Positions 13,495 to 23,898 of a stretch of 64,000 nt of DNA are shown here, piece after piece. The position numbers were made by a program, and so were the translations under genes. Source of the DNA: Azolla caroliniana (taxonomy: Eukaryota; Plantae; Polypodiophyta). Under the pieces are notes generated by a model. It was not told the origin of the DNA. It made no database searches and saw nothing but the letters and a program-made list of their open reading frames with translations. The DNA lies in contig JBHGNT010000014.1 of assembly GCA_043228905.1 (NCBI GenBank), forward strand, positions 10,726,001 to 10,790,000, written 5' to 3'. How positions within the stretch are numbered: position 1 is the first letter of the stretch; each line of letters opens with the position of its first letter.

Positions 13495-16400
13495 ATGGAA
13501 GGCGGCAGCAGCGGGCAGCCGGGGATGATGGTGCTGAATGCGCAGAACTACGCCGACTGGAAGATAAAGATGGAGGATCTGCTCATTGTTCGGGACCTGT
13601 ATGAACCGATCGACAGATCGGAAATACCCAAGGGGGTACTTGAGACGGAATGGAGGCTTCTGAACCGGAAAGCCGTTGCAACCATTCGGCAATACGTCGA
13701 CGTGAGCGTTCTACAACATGTGGCGAACGACACCAACGCATATGAGATGTGGCGGAAGCTGTCGGGCCTCTACGAGAGGAAGAATGCGTTGAACCGGACC
13801 TCCCTGATGAGGAAGATAGTGAACCTCAAGTACCGGGACGGCGAGAGTATGGTGGAACACGTAAGCACGTTCATGGGATTCGTGAACCAGCTTGCGGCGA
13901 TCAAGTTCCCGTTGGAGGAGGCAATGCAAGCCATCATCCTAATGTGTACATTGCCGGAAAGCTGGGAGAACTTGGTGGTGACTCTCAGCACCTCCTGCAC
14001 CGAAGATAACTTGTCCCTACAAACGGTAAAGACAAGTATTTTGAACGAAGAAGCGCGTCGGAGAGATAAAGAACCGGCCTCCGATCCGAAGATGCTGCTT
14101 ACCGAATCGGATCGGGGAAGACAACGGAACCGGAGTCCGCAAAGACGGGAGAAGTCGGGGACCCGGTCGCAGTCAAGAGGAAGGCCCACATGCTTCCACT
14201 GTGGGAAGCCGGGGCACTTCCGGAAGAATTGTCGGCATTACCGAAAAGACAACGGAGCCGACGACACCGATTCGAAGAAGTCACCGGAGCGAAACGGTGC
14301 ATACCGGGGAGCCACGGACCGGAGAGGTCCGGATCGGCGAGGGCAGGACCGGAAAGGAACGACGGCACTCGCGGCAAGTGAAGAAGAGATAATGCTCATT
14401 ACCGAAGAGAGGGAGCTGAACCTTGTCGGTGAAGAGATGACCTGGGTGGTCGATTCCGGAGCGTCGTTCCACCTGACCCCGGAGAAGAAATACTTCTCAT
14501 CCTACACAGCCGGTGAGCACGGCTGTGTCCGGATGGGAAATGAAGGTACATGCCGGATTGCCGGCATAGGAGACGTGTGGCTGATGACATCAACCGGATG
14601 CAAGATGCTGCTGAAGGATGTTCGACACGTTCCGGAGGTTCGATTGAACCTGATTTCGGCCGGGAGGCTAAACGATGAAGGCTACACGGGTAGCATCCGG
14701 AACGGTGTCATGAAGTTCAGCAAAGGGAGCCTGATAGTGGCTCGGGCCCGGAAGGTCAACACACTGTACCTGATGAATTCCCGGCTATGTCCGGAGGAGC
14801 TGAACGTGGCAGCTGACACTGCCGGTGAGCTGTGGCACAAGAGACTGTGCCACATGAGCGAGAAGGGGATGAAGAGGCTTGCAGAAGACAACCTTATTCC
14901 AGTGAAGCATGTGCATCTGGAGAAGTGCACCGATTGCCTGGCCGGTAAGCAGAACCGAGCCTCCTTCCACTCAAGGCCACCGACGAGACGTAGCGCACCA
15001 TTGGAGTTGGTGCACACTGACGTGTGTCAAGTAAAAACGAAGTCACATGGCGGAGCCCAGTACTTCGTGACATTCATTGATGACCACAACCGGAAGCTGT
15101 GGACGGCACCGTTGAAGAGAAAGGACCAAGTGTTGTGCGTCTTCAAAGAACTCCACGCGAGAGTGGAAAGGGAATCCGGCAAGAAGCTGAAAGCGATACG
15201 AGCGGATAACGGAGGGGAATACCGGGGGCAGTTCGCGGAGTACTGTCGCTCGAAGGGAATCCGGCTTGAGTTTACTGTGCCGAAGACGCCGGAACTAAAC
15301 GGGCTGGCCGAGAGGATGAACCGGACCATAATGGAGAGGGTCCGGAGTATGCTGGCGCATGCGAAATTACCCAAGGGGTTTTGGGCTGAGGCAATGTTGA
15401 CGGCGACATACGTGATAAACAGATCACCCTCAGTACCTTTGGACGGAGACACGCCGCAGAGAGTGTGGACCGGTAGGGAAGTATCCTACCGGCATCTGAA
15501 GGTGTTCGGGTGTCTCGCATATGTGCATGTGGCAAAGGACCGAAGAGGAAAGCTAGATCCAAAGACCCGGCCATGCATATTCCTCGGTTACGGCGACGAC
15601 GAGTTCGGCTACCGAGTATGGGACCCGGTCGACAAGAAGATATTCAGGAGTCGAGATATCATCTTCATGGAGGACAAGACACTCGCCGACTGGGAGTCGG
15701 AGAAGAAGATGAAGAGCTCCAAGTCGACCGGTGAGGATCAACTCTACGAAGAGCAGTCCCGACCGGCAAGGGACCGGTTAGCACTCGAGGATCCGGCCGA
15801 AGACGGTGAAGAAACAGAACCGGCCGAGGAAGATGAAACTGATACTGGAACCGGCCCCGATCCCGAAATGGATTCGGATGAAGAGGAAACGGAGGATCCG
15901 GTTACCGAAGCTCCGGAACGGAGATATCCTCTAAGAGAGAGAAGGGCCCCCCGGAGATTTCCGGAACCAGAGCACGTGCTGCTAACCGACGAGGGGGAGC
16001 CGGAGAGTTTTGAAGAAGCAAAGCTTGACACCCATAGCCGCAGGTGGTTAAGTGCCATGCAGGAGGAGATGGATTCCCTGCATGAGAACCACACATATGA
16101 ACTTGTGGAGTTGCCGAAAGGAAAGCGGACACTTCGAAACAAGTGGGTGTTCAAGCTGAAACCGGGAGATGCCGGAAACCCCCCGAGATACAAAGCCAGG
16201 ATCGTGGTGAAGGGGTTCCAGCAGAAGAAGGGCGTCGACTTCGACGAGATATTTGCCCCGGTAGTGAAGATGATCTCCATCCGGACGGTGCTGAGCATAG
16301 CGGCAAGCATGGACCTCGAGGTAGAACAGATGGACGTGAAGACGGCATTCCTTCACGGTGACCTCGAAGAAGAGATCTACATGCAGCAACCGGAAGGATT

Positions 16401-16575
16401 CGAGAAGGAAGGGAAGGAGCACCTGGTATGCCGGTTGAAGAAGAGCCTTTACGGACTGAAGCAGGCTCCCCGGCAATGGTACCGGAAGTTCAACTCTTTC
16501 ATGACCGACGAAGGGTACCACAAAACGCAGTCCGATCACTGCATGTTTGTCAGAGTGCCGGCTCTACTGCGATAG
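13495..16575 (+). CDS. Copia B Gag-PR-INT-truncated RT polyprotein (about 1026 aa from ATG 13495)
   Basis: Uninterrupted ORF with CFHCGKPGHFRKNC knuckle, WVVDSGAS protease, HHCC, HTDVC/ADNGGE/AERMNRT integrase and RT up to SDHCMFV. It then jumps to the RNase H tail (LYCDSQSAIHLAKN) in another frame. Confidence 0.9.
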   Translation: MEGGSSGQPGMMVLNAQNYADWKIKMEDLLIVRDLYEPIDRSEIPKGVLETEWRLLNRKAVATIRQYVDVSVLQHVANDTNAYEMWRKLSGLYERKNALNRTSLMRKIVNLKYRDGESMVEHVSTFMGFVNQLAAIKFPLEEAMQAIILMCTLPESWENLVVTLSTSCTEDNLSLQTVKTSILNEEARRRDKEPASDPKMLLTESDRGRQRNRSPQRREKSGTRSQSRGRPTCFHCGKPGHFRKNCRHYRKDNGADDTDSKKSPERNGAYRGATDRRGPDRRGQDRKGTTALAASEEEIMLITEERELNLVGEEMTWVVDSGASFHLTPEKKYFSSYTAGEHGCVRMGNEGTCRIAGIGDVWLMTSTGCKMLLKDVRHVPEVRLNLISAGRLNDEGYTGSIRNGVMKFSKGSLIVARARKVNTLYLMNSRLCPEELNVAADTAGELWHKRLCHMSEKGMKRLAEDNLIPVKHVHLEKCTDCLAGKQNRASFHSRPPTRRSAPLELVHTDVCQVKTKSHGGAQYFVTFIDDHNRKLWTAPLKRKDQVLCVFKELHARVERESGKKLKAIRADNGGEYRGQFAEYCRSKGIRLEFTVPKTPELNGLAERMNRTIMERVRSMLAHAKLPKGFWAEAMLTATYVINRSPSVPLDGDTPQRVWTGREVSYRHLKVFGCLAYVHVAKDRRGKLDPKTRPCIFLGYGDDEFGYRVWDPVDKKIFRSRDIIFMEDKTLADWESEKKMKSSKSTGEDQLYEEQSRPARDRLALEDPAEDGEETEPAEEDETDTGTGPDPEMDSDEEETEDPVTEAPERRYPLRERRAPRRFPEPEHVLLTDEGEPESFEEAKLDTHSRRWLSAMQEEMDSLHENHTYELVELPKGKRTLRNKWVFKLKPGDAGNPPRYKARIVVKGFQQKKGVDFDEIFAPVVKMISIRTVLSIAASMDLEVEQMDVKTAFLHGDLEEEIYMQQPEGFEKEGKEHLVCRLKKSLYGLKQAPRQWYRKFNSFMTDEGYHKTQSDHCMFVRVPALLR

Positions 16576-16814
16576 TCAGAGTGCCATCCACCTTGCGAAG
16601 AACGCGGCCTACCATTCCCGGACGAAACACATCCAGCGTAGATACCACTGGATCCGGGAAAGGATAGAAGACAAGGAGTTCGTGCTGACGAAGATCCACA
16701 CGGACGAGAACGGGTCAGATATGCTGACCAAAGTGCTCACACCCGACAAGCTGGAAGCGTGCCGGAAGAGGGTCGGACTGGAAAGACATCCCATGCCGAA
16801 GTGAAGGGGGAGTT

Positions 16815-17447
16815 TGTTGGGATTACGGTCCCTCCGGATGGGATGGTCGGATGTCCGGGAATCGGGAATGAAGACCCGAATGAGGAGTACCCGGTTCGGG
16901 ATCCGGATGATGAAGACCCCGGTTTCGGATCCGGATGATGAAGACCCCGGCTACGGAGCCGGATGACGAATGTACCCGGAGAGAGATCCGGATGCGGGGA
17001 CATATTTGTGAATATGTTTGCCAAGGGCCCTCGAGACTATATTTGTAAATAGCCCGAAAGTCATATGTGTATAAATATGACTTAGGGCAAACAGTTTTGT
17101 AGTTGTTGCTCATTTTTCTGTTTTCCACGAAGAGGGAGCGAAGTGAGAGCAGCCGAGAGAGAGAGTGAGAGAGAGAGAGAGGAAGGAAGAGGTGGACGCC
17201 TTTGTGTAATACCGCCGCCTGTGGCGAGGACAGCGAGCTCAAGGTCGTCGCCTTGCAGCTCGCCATTGTACATTCCCTGCGTATAGTGATAGTTGGAGTC
17301 TTGCACTCCCGTGGTTTTTCCCGTCTAGGGTTTTCCACACTAAACCCTGTGCATTCGAGTCTCTCTCTGTGTTTTCGATTCACTGCTGCACTAACGCGTG
17401 TGTCCTCGGTTGTGGCCGAGAGGTTTCAAAAGCGTCATTACCCAACA
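16815..17447 (+). repeat. 3' LTR of Copia B
   Basis: Near-identical to 12831-13463; preceded by the PPT. Confidence 0.95.
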
Positions 17448-18071
17448 ATCTTCACCAAGCCTCTTGGTCTGGACAAGTTGCGGCAATTCTCGGGTACACT
17501 TGGGTTGCGTCACCTCGACATGCCGAACTTGAGGGGGAGAGACGTTCCGAATGACCACGGAAGAGGGAGAGAAGTTCTGGAAGACGAAGACCGCGACACC
17601 GAGTCGGATGACGAATTCGACTTCGGATTGGCTGAAGAAGCCGAGGGCGGATCAATGGAAGAGTCCAAAAGCAGACATAAGGGGAGCAGCCGAAAGAAAA
17701 AGCCGAAGCCAACCAAGCATGGGGGAGATGACGCCGTCAAGGGCAAGAAGACCGCAGATGAGTTGGAGACAGCCAACTCGGACGAGAGCGAAAACCGATC
17801 AGAGCTAACCGAGTCAGTTTGGATGTTTGATTCGGATACACTGAATCAACCGAGGGCCAAGCGGAAAAGAAGGCAGCAGGAGAAGCGCCAACACTGTGAC
17901 AGCAAGGGAGTTGTGAAGGGTTGTAGGAGTAGACAAGCTGACCGGAAGGGTCGAAGCGCGCGAAGTCGAACAGGCCGAGGAGTGCGAGCGAGGCGTGGAG
18001 CCAAGAGGAACCGGAGCGGTGATCCGGAAGATCTCGAAGAGCCTCAAGTTGAGCTTGAGGGGGAGTGTTGA
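17448..18071 (+). pseudogene. Copia A RNase H end plus about 180-aa acidic/basic C-terminal extension
   Basis: IFTKPLG...LRGR continues open through a D/E-rich then K/R-rich tail, ending LEGEC* at the LTR border. Confidence 0.75.
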
Positions 18072-18472
18072 GTGAGAAGCTCAACATCGGCTAGATCGGC
18101 TGAGCAAGCCGAGGACCGGATCGGTTGGGACCTATCGGTTAGGCTGGACCGGTGCGTAAAACGGATACGCAAACCGGTGCGTAACGAGAGGCCGTATCGG
18201 TGCGTAAACCGAAAGGCCGTTAGAGAGATATTCCTCATAAGGAATAGTTTTGGGAGTAAGTGTCAAGGCTCATTTATGAGCAATCAAGTACTATCAGTAC
18301 TTGTGTAATCACTGAGCACGGTGTATGTACAGAGAGTTAGTATTTTTTGAATTACGCCTTTTGTGTTCTCTCTCTGTCTCTCCCGTGTACTGTGTATACT
18401 CAAGCTCTCCATTAAACCTACGTATTTTCTGTGTGTTTGGTTTTTTATTGCTTCCGCACATAATCTTTTACA
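18066..18472 (+). repeat. 3' LTR of Copia A
   Basis: TGTTGAG...TTTTACA termini, followed by TSD AAATT. Confidence 0.9.
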
Positions 18473-18477
18473 AAATT

Positions 18478-19180
18478 TTCCAAGGCACATGCGGCACCAT
18501 GAAGATCACCATCACCTTTATCGTCCTTGGATTAGCACATATGATTTCTTGTGGGAAAAATGCGAAAGCCTTCTCATGTCACGAAACATTCGCTCCTCTT
18601 CAGGGAGGAGGAAATGCTCCCTTCCAACTCGTAGCTTTCCTTTCGTCTCTTCGGTGAAGACATGACTTATTGCCTTTTGATCTCTTAAGCTTGGATTGTT
18701 AGTGACTTTCTTCATCTTTTGCCAGCTATCTTCCGGTAGTGGAACTGCAACTGACTTGATCTTCTTATCCACTGTTTTATATTTTGTGTTGACTTCAGCT
18801 TCCTCCATCAAGATGCCACGATGGTATTCATCGATGATAGCGTACATGTTGATGGAGTTAACTGAAATCACGTGTCGATCTTGAAGATAGCTCAAGTCCA
18901 TGACATCCTCGATTTCGCCGATGGTGTCGTTAAATGAGGCTTCTTCCATAATATGAGTCACGAACTCCTCTTCGTCTATTATGTTTTCTTCTTTCAGCAT
19001 CTTCTCGAAGTCTTGTGTCCGACGCTTGTCCTTCTTGTTGGGAAGTACTAGTTTACATGTGCCACTCGGGGTGACACATGTTGCTTCTCCTCGCAATCCA
19101 CGCGCTCTACTTTCTTGTGGGGACTTGTGATCACTCGGAGTATTTGTGCCCCATGCTTCAATAGTCTGCTCTAAAAATCC
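18478..19180 (-). pseudogene. N-terminal part of Gypsy pol (entered in the -1 frame)
   Basis: Open frame from GGATTTT at 19180 through TKYKTVDKKIKSVAVPLP; continues into RT beyond the Copia A insertion. Confidence 0.75.
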
Positions 19181-21282
19181 GAGGATTCGCCTCCAAGAAA
19201 ATCTCGATTTCTTTCATGATTAGCTCGCACCATTAGGAATTGAACAGATCTTTGATTGTCAAGACTCTTGATTCGCGTGAAGGCTGCTCCATTATCGAAC
19301 ACCTTGGTCTCCATCCGGGATGATGTGATATACGGTTGATCTAGGATGACAGGATGCGAAGCCGATTCTTGTAAGAAGAAGTGTTGATCCATCTCCACAT
19401 CCCCGATCGTGACTTTAACATTTGGACAAGCTTCGTACAAGTCTTTTGTCGCCTTTGTTGCTGCTCGAATCTTCCATCCGTGGTTTGTATTAATTGGCCA
19501 TCTTCCTTTTTTGTAGAAGTCGGTTGACATGAGGTTGATCTCCGAGCCATGGTCGATCAAGGCTACCACAGTCTCTTTCTTCTCCCCGATCTTCATCGGC
19601 GTCTCCGTTGTCACTCGTGCCCAATGAGGTCGACTATAGTGGTTGTCCACCATATCTTCATCAACTTCGTCCCTTGCCATCGTTATGGCATTTGTTTTTG
19701 CTTTTTGTGGCTTCTCTTCTTCCTCGTCCAACTGTTGCCTTTTTCTCTTCACAAGGTTCACGATCGTATCATGGAACTCCTTCTTCGTAATACCGAGCAA
19801 TTCCCTCAAGGACAAGGTCACGTGCCTATCGAGAACACATTCCTCGATAATCTTCTTCAGATCTATCATTTGCTCTATGTCTGACCTTAACTTATAGGTA
19901 GGCATAATTCTTGTCTTCCGAGCGGGGTCTTCAAGACCAACCTTCACGGGTCGAACCGTTTCTTCGACTCATTTGCTTGACTCCCCTTTCCAGCTCGAGT
20001 CTCCTTCCTCCGTTTGTAACGCTCGACTCGTTTCTGCATCTTCTTTCTTTTTCGCATTCCTTGTTTCATGTCTTTTTGATGGGCCTTGCTCTTCTATTCT
20101 TTTTCTCTTTTCTTCAACGAACACTTCGTGGTTGTCGCACATCACTTCCGTGAGCATGGTGTTGTCATCCACCGGATCTGACCATCCGGTGATACTTTGT
20201 ACACTTTGGCTCGCAAACTCTACCTTGTTCAAAGTGACTTTTCCCTTCTTCTCATACTCCAAAACGGTAGACCAGAACTTTGCTCCCACTTTCGTAGCTT
20301 CAGTTTTGTCTTTCCCGACTCTTATTCCGGCCAACGCAGCATAGTGCATCGCATCCACATGAGTCACCTCGGCATCCTCCATAGCTTTCTTAATTCCCCC
20401 TCTTCCGAAATTCACTCACAGGAGTCTTCTAGTCTCACTCGAGCAGATCATGTTGCCATCCATGTATACGATATTTTGTCAAATGGCATCTCAAAGGCTC
20501 GCGCAATCCCTTCTCATGTGGTCCATGCTATCGCACCACACGCATCTAAAGGGTTCTTTTCCTTTGGGGCCCCGACGATTCATGTTGGCTAGCGTGACCA
20601 TCTCGAACTTCTTCGCTAGTTCTTCGATGATGTCATCATCAATCTTCTTTTCTTCTGGGTTGCTTTGTTTGGGCGGCTCAGCTACTTTCGGTTGTCTTGT
20701 TTTCTCTGCGAAAGTCCATCCCGCCAAATCGGTGTCATCAACCCACTAATGACGCTTGTCGAGCCTATTGCACACCCACTTCACCGCAATCTAGTCTGCC
20801 ACAATCTCGTTTGCTTGGGTATCATCTTCAAGAAGAGTCCCCAATTCTCGTTTATCCTTCATGTCCACAGCTTTCAAGAAGTACAAAGTCTTGTCCTCCT
20901 CAAGCAGCACTTGGTCTGTGGCGGGGAGACGACAAAACATTTGGTCGAACTCGTCGTACACCCTCGAAGCGCTCATCCTCTTATTCTTCTTTTCTACCCA
21001 CGTCATCAAGGCATGTCAAGTCATCCTCGACAAATCTTCCGTCGCGAACTCCGCTAATATCGCTTTCTCGAATTCGGACCATGTTGTCTTGCCTTCTTGA
21101 AGCTCGATGACACATCTTTGGATGTTATTGGCGACCACTCTCTTGAAACTTGTGATTTGACGCGCTTCGAACACATCCCTCTGATTCATCTCCCTTCTAT
21201 ATGCATCAAGGAACTTCGTAATGTTCCTTCCGTCAAATTGACCCTCGAGCTCAACGACACGGTTGACAGCCTTCTCCATCAT
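19171..21282 (-). pseudogene. Gypsy ORF1: gag, CCHC knuckle, DUF4100-like segment, aspartic protease
   Basis: FDGRNITKFL, CVWCDSMDHMRRDC, YKLRSDIE...TLSLRELLG and ALIDHGSEIN motifs in consecutive broken minus-strand ORFs. The DUF4100 label is from recall and needs an HMM check. Confidence 0.8.
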
Positions 21283-21408
21283 TTTCCCGAGATCTCATCA
21301 TTTGTTTGATGATTAGCATCATCCTTTCGAACTCTCCCGATTGATTGCTTGAGGATGCCATCTCCAAGCATCGATCGATCCTCGACTTGATCCTTCCTAC
21401 CGCCTCTT

Positions 21409-21425
21409 TCACGTCGGGTTCACCA
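21409..21425 (-). promoter_or_regulatory. Primer binding site complementary to the tRNA-Trp 3' end
   Basis: The + strand reads TCACGTCGGGTTCACCA, matching the 3' end plus CCA of plant cytosolic tRNA-Trp as I recall it. It lies 8 nt from the LTR. Confidence 0.75.
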
Positions 21426-21433
21426 CTTAATTA

Positions 21434-22154
21434 TGTCGTGAAGATCCGTCACTACGTGCGGATCATGAGGCGGAACCGCCGGGGTTTTGGACCAAAAGGA
21501 TTCGAAGTTTGCACTAGCTTTAGCGAGAAAGTATTTGAGATAGATTGAAAGAGAGAAAGATTGAGATAAGATAGAATGCTTAACTTTAGATTGAGAGACA
21601 AGATTTCTTCCGCTTAATTTCTTGATTAATACATAGCCCCTTTTTCCTCTTCGTCTGTCCCAACTGGTTCAATCCGATCCCAATCTTGTCCGTCGCCGTC
21701 TCGCGGGCTCCGTCCAGTCGTCGTTGTCGTCTCGCTTCCGGCCGGCCAAAACCTTTACAAGTAGTTAGGCCACAGCCAATCTCTAATTAGTTTAGCTCAA
21801 GTCACCTTGAACATTCTATGATCCACTCATAAACACAAAGTAATAGATTTTGGCCCTGCTTATATACTCTGGGATCCTTATTTATCCTGTCTATGTGGGA
21901 TATCTTGTAGTTTTGTTTTTTCTCTTTTTCTTCGCAAACTTCATACCCACATAACTTGCCACTTAGTTGTCCATTTCTTATGTGGTAAAGTGTATTCAAA
22001 AGTTCTTGAAGACCTCCATCTTTTTGTACCAAGATATTAAACTAGTATAAAATAGTATCTTCATTATTATTGTTTTATGTTGTGTGTGAAGAACCACACT
22101 CGATTTTCTACATTCCATTCAATTTTCACACCGTTGGCGAAAATCTCTACGACA
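21434..22154 (-). repeat. 5' LTR of the minus-strand Gypsy
   Basis: TGTCGT...ACGACA termini; homologous to 3765-5594; adjacent to the PBS. Confidence 0.85.
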
Positions 22155-22186
22155 TCCACCCCCACCAAACCACACATCCTCCGGTA

Positions 22187-23830
22187 AGGGCTTTGCCTTA
22201 ATCCCTTGAAGTGTGTGTTTGCGGTATCCAACGACATGTTGCTTGGGCATATCATCAACCAGTAGGGCATCACAATCGACCCATGTCTAGGAAATCCTTG
22301 CAGCACCACCTCCAACCAACACTAAGGGCCTCATGCGGTTCCTTGGACAAGTGCATTGGCACAATAGGGTCTTGCGCTACCTCATCGATTTTGCAAGCCC
22401 TCTCCATGCAGTTGTCCACCGTACGCCGTTTCACTGGACTAAATCCGAACAAGAGGCATTTAATGCCCTCAAAATACTCCTTTCCCACGCCCTTATAGTG
22501 CAACCACCACGTCCGGAGGATTCGTTCCATGTTTTTTGTGGACGCCTCGGATATTGCGATAGGTAGCGTCTTGATGCAGCTGTCTAAACCCCATTGGTTC
22601 CGACCAATATTCTACAGAAGCCAACGTCTTTCCTTGGCCGAACACAACTACTCAACAATAGAACGTGATGCCGTGGGTCTTGTTTTTAATGTAACCAAGT
22701 TCCGACACTACTTGCTTGGGCGAAGATTCACGTTTCACATGGACCACGCCGCGTTGCTCTACTTCGCGGATAAGAGCTCATTGCCCGATAAAATGACCGG
22801 ATGGGCATTACTGCTTTGAGTTTGACGTTATTCGCGGACCCGGCGCGCAGCATGCCATTGTGGATTAGCTCTCTCGGCTCGAATCCAGCGAAGGCGGGGT
22901 AGAGGTCCCAGATGACCTTGCTGACTCCTCTATCCTCCATGTCGCCACCACCCCTACTATACCCAACAACCCCAATTACTGGTTGGACAACATGGACTTC
23001 TACTTGGCTAATGAGATGACACCGCCACACCTCTCTAGTGATGAGCGGAAACAATCGGCGGCATGCAACCGTAATTTTCGGTTGTTGGACGACATCCTCT
23101 ACTTTTGCTCGCCATATGGTATCTAGCGTAGGGCAGTTTGCCAACACGAAATAACCACTGTTCTCACTACCTGCCACGCTCAGATAACAGGCAATCACTA
23201 CGTAGGGGACGTTACTGCTCGCAAGGTCCGGCAAAGCGGCCTTCGCCAAGGCTTGTGACGCCTATCAACGCACTGGCCAACCACATGAATTGGCTTGTAT
23301 GCCACATCACCCAGTGTTACCACTCCAACCGTTCCAGAAGTGGGGTTTGGATTTCATGGGTTCGTTCAAACCCCCAACCACACAAACCGGTAACATGCAC
23401 ATCCTCATGGTAACGAACTACTGAACCAAGTGGGTCAAATCAAAGGCCTTGTGTGATAACACGGCAAAATCGACCGCGAAATTTTTATATGAGTGCATAT
23501 GGTGTCGGTTCAGCTGCCCGATTGAACTAGTTAGCGACCAAGAGCCTCATTTCATTAATGACGTTGTTGCCTGCCTTACCCCCCACTATGCCATCGTGCA
23601 TAGGAGGAGTATGTCATACTATCCCTAAGCAAATGGATCAATGGGAGAGCACAAACAAGATATTCCAAAGCATTCTCCGCAAAATCGTTAATGAGCATCG
23701 TACAAATTAGGACCGCAAAATCCAATCGACACTCTGGGCATACCATACCAATTACAAGACAAGCATTGGCTCCATGCCATTCCACCTCCCATACGTCTTG
23801 GAAGCTATCATGCCCATTGAGTTCGAAGAT
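22187..23830 (+). pseudogene. Degenerate Gypsy pol, part 2 (RT end, RNase H, integrase)
   Basis: LCLNPLKCVF continues the RT broken at 3764. Also FLGQVHWH, VDASDIAIG, NYSTIER, FQKWGLDF and ELVSDQ motifs. Confidence 0.85.
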
Positions 23831-23898
23831 GAATCGCAGATCGCGCGGGCATAACAGTTCCATTGCAAATGTTCCCGTTCTAGTCTTTGCTCAGAATG

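Larger units (their letters stand above)
12831..17447 (+). mobile_element. Ty1/Copia element B (Tnt1/Tork-like), young, internally deleted
   Basis: TSD ATCTT (12826-12830 / 17448-17452). 633-bp LTRs at 12831-13463 and 16815-17447 with about 10 substitutions by eye. PBS TGGTATCAGAGC at 13467-13478; PPT gaagggggag at 16803-16812. Confidence 0.95.
8418..18472 (+). mobile_element. Ty1/Copia element A, degenerate, with both LTRs
   Basis: TSD AAATT (8413-8417 / 18473-18477). LTRs 8418-8878 and 18066-18472. Mutated PBS tggtaatagagc at 8879-8890; PPT gagggggag at 18057-18065. Confidence 0.92.
3765..22186 (-). mobile_element. Ty3/Gypsy element (fungal/moss-type, no chromodomain seen), degenerate, with nested insertions
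   Basis: Related LTRs at 3765-5594 and 21434-22154 with TGTCGT...ACGACA termini. tRNA-Trp PBS at 21409-21425; PPT-like GGTGGGGGTGGA at 5595-5606. Domain order gag-CCHC-PR / RT-RH-INT on the minus strand. Confidence 0.85.

Noticed and set aside
13548-16539. Many overlapping and antisense ORFs in Copia B
   Set aside because: Shadow frames of a GC-rich coding sequence.
21409-21425. tRNA-Trp gene
   Set aside because: Only the 3' 17 nt including CCA are present, next to an LTR; this is a PBS.
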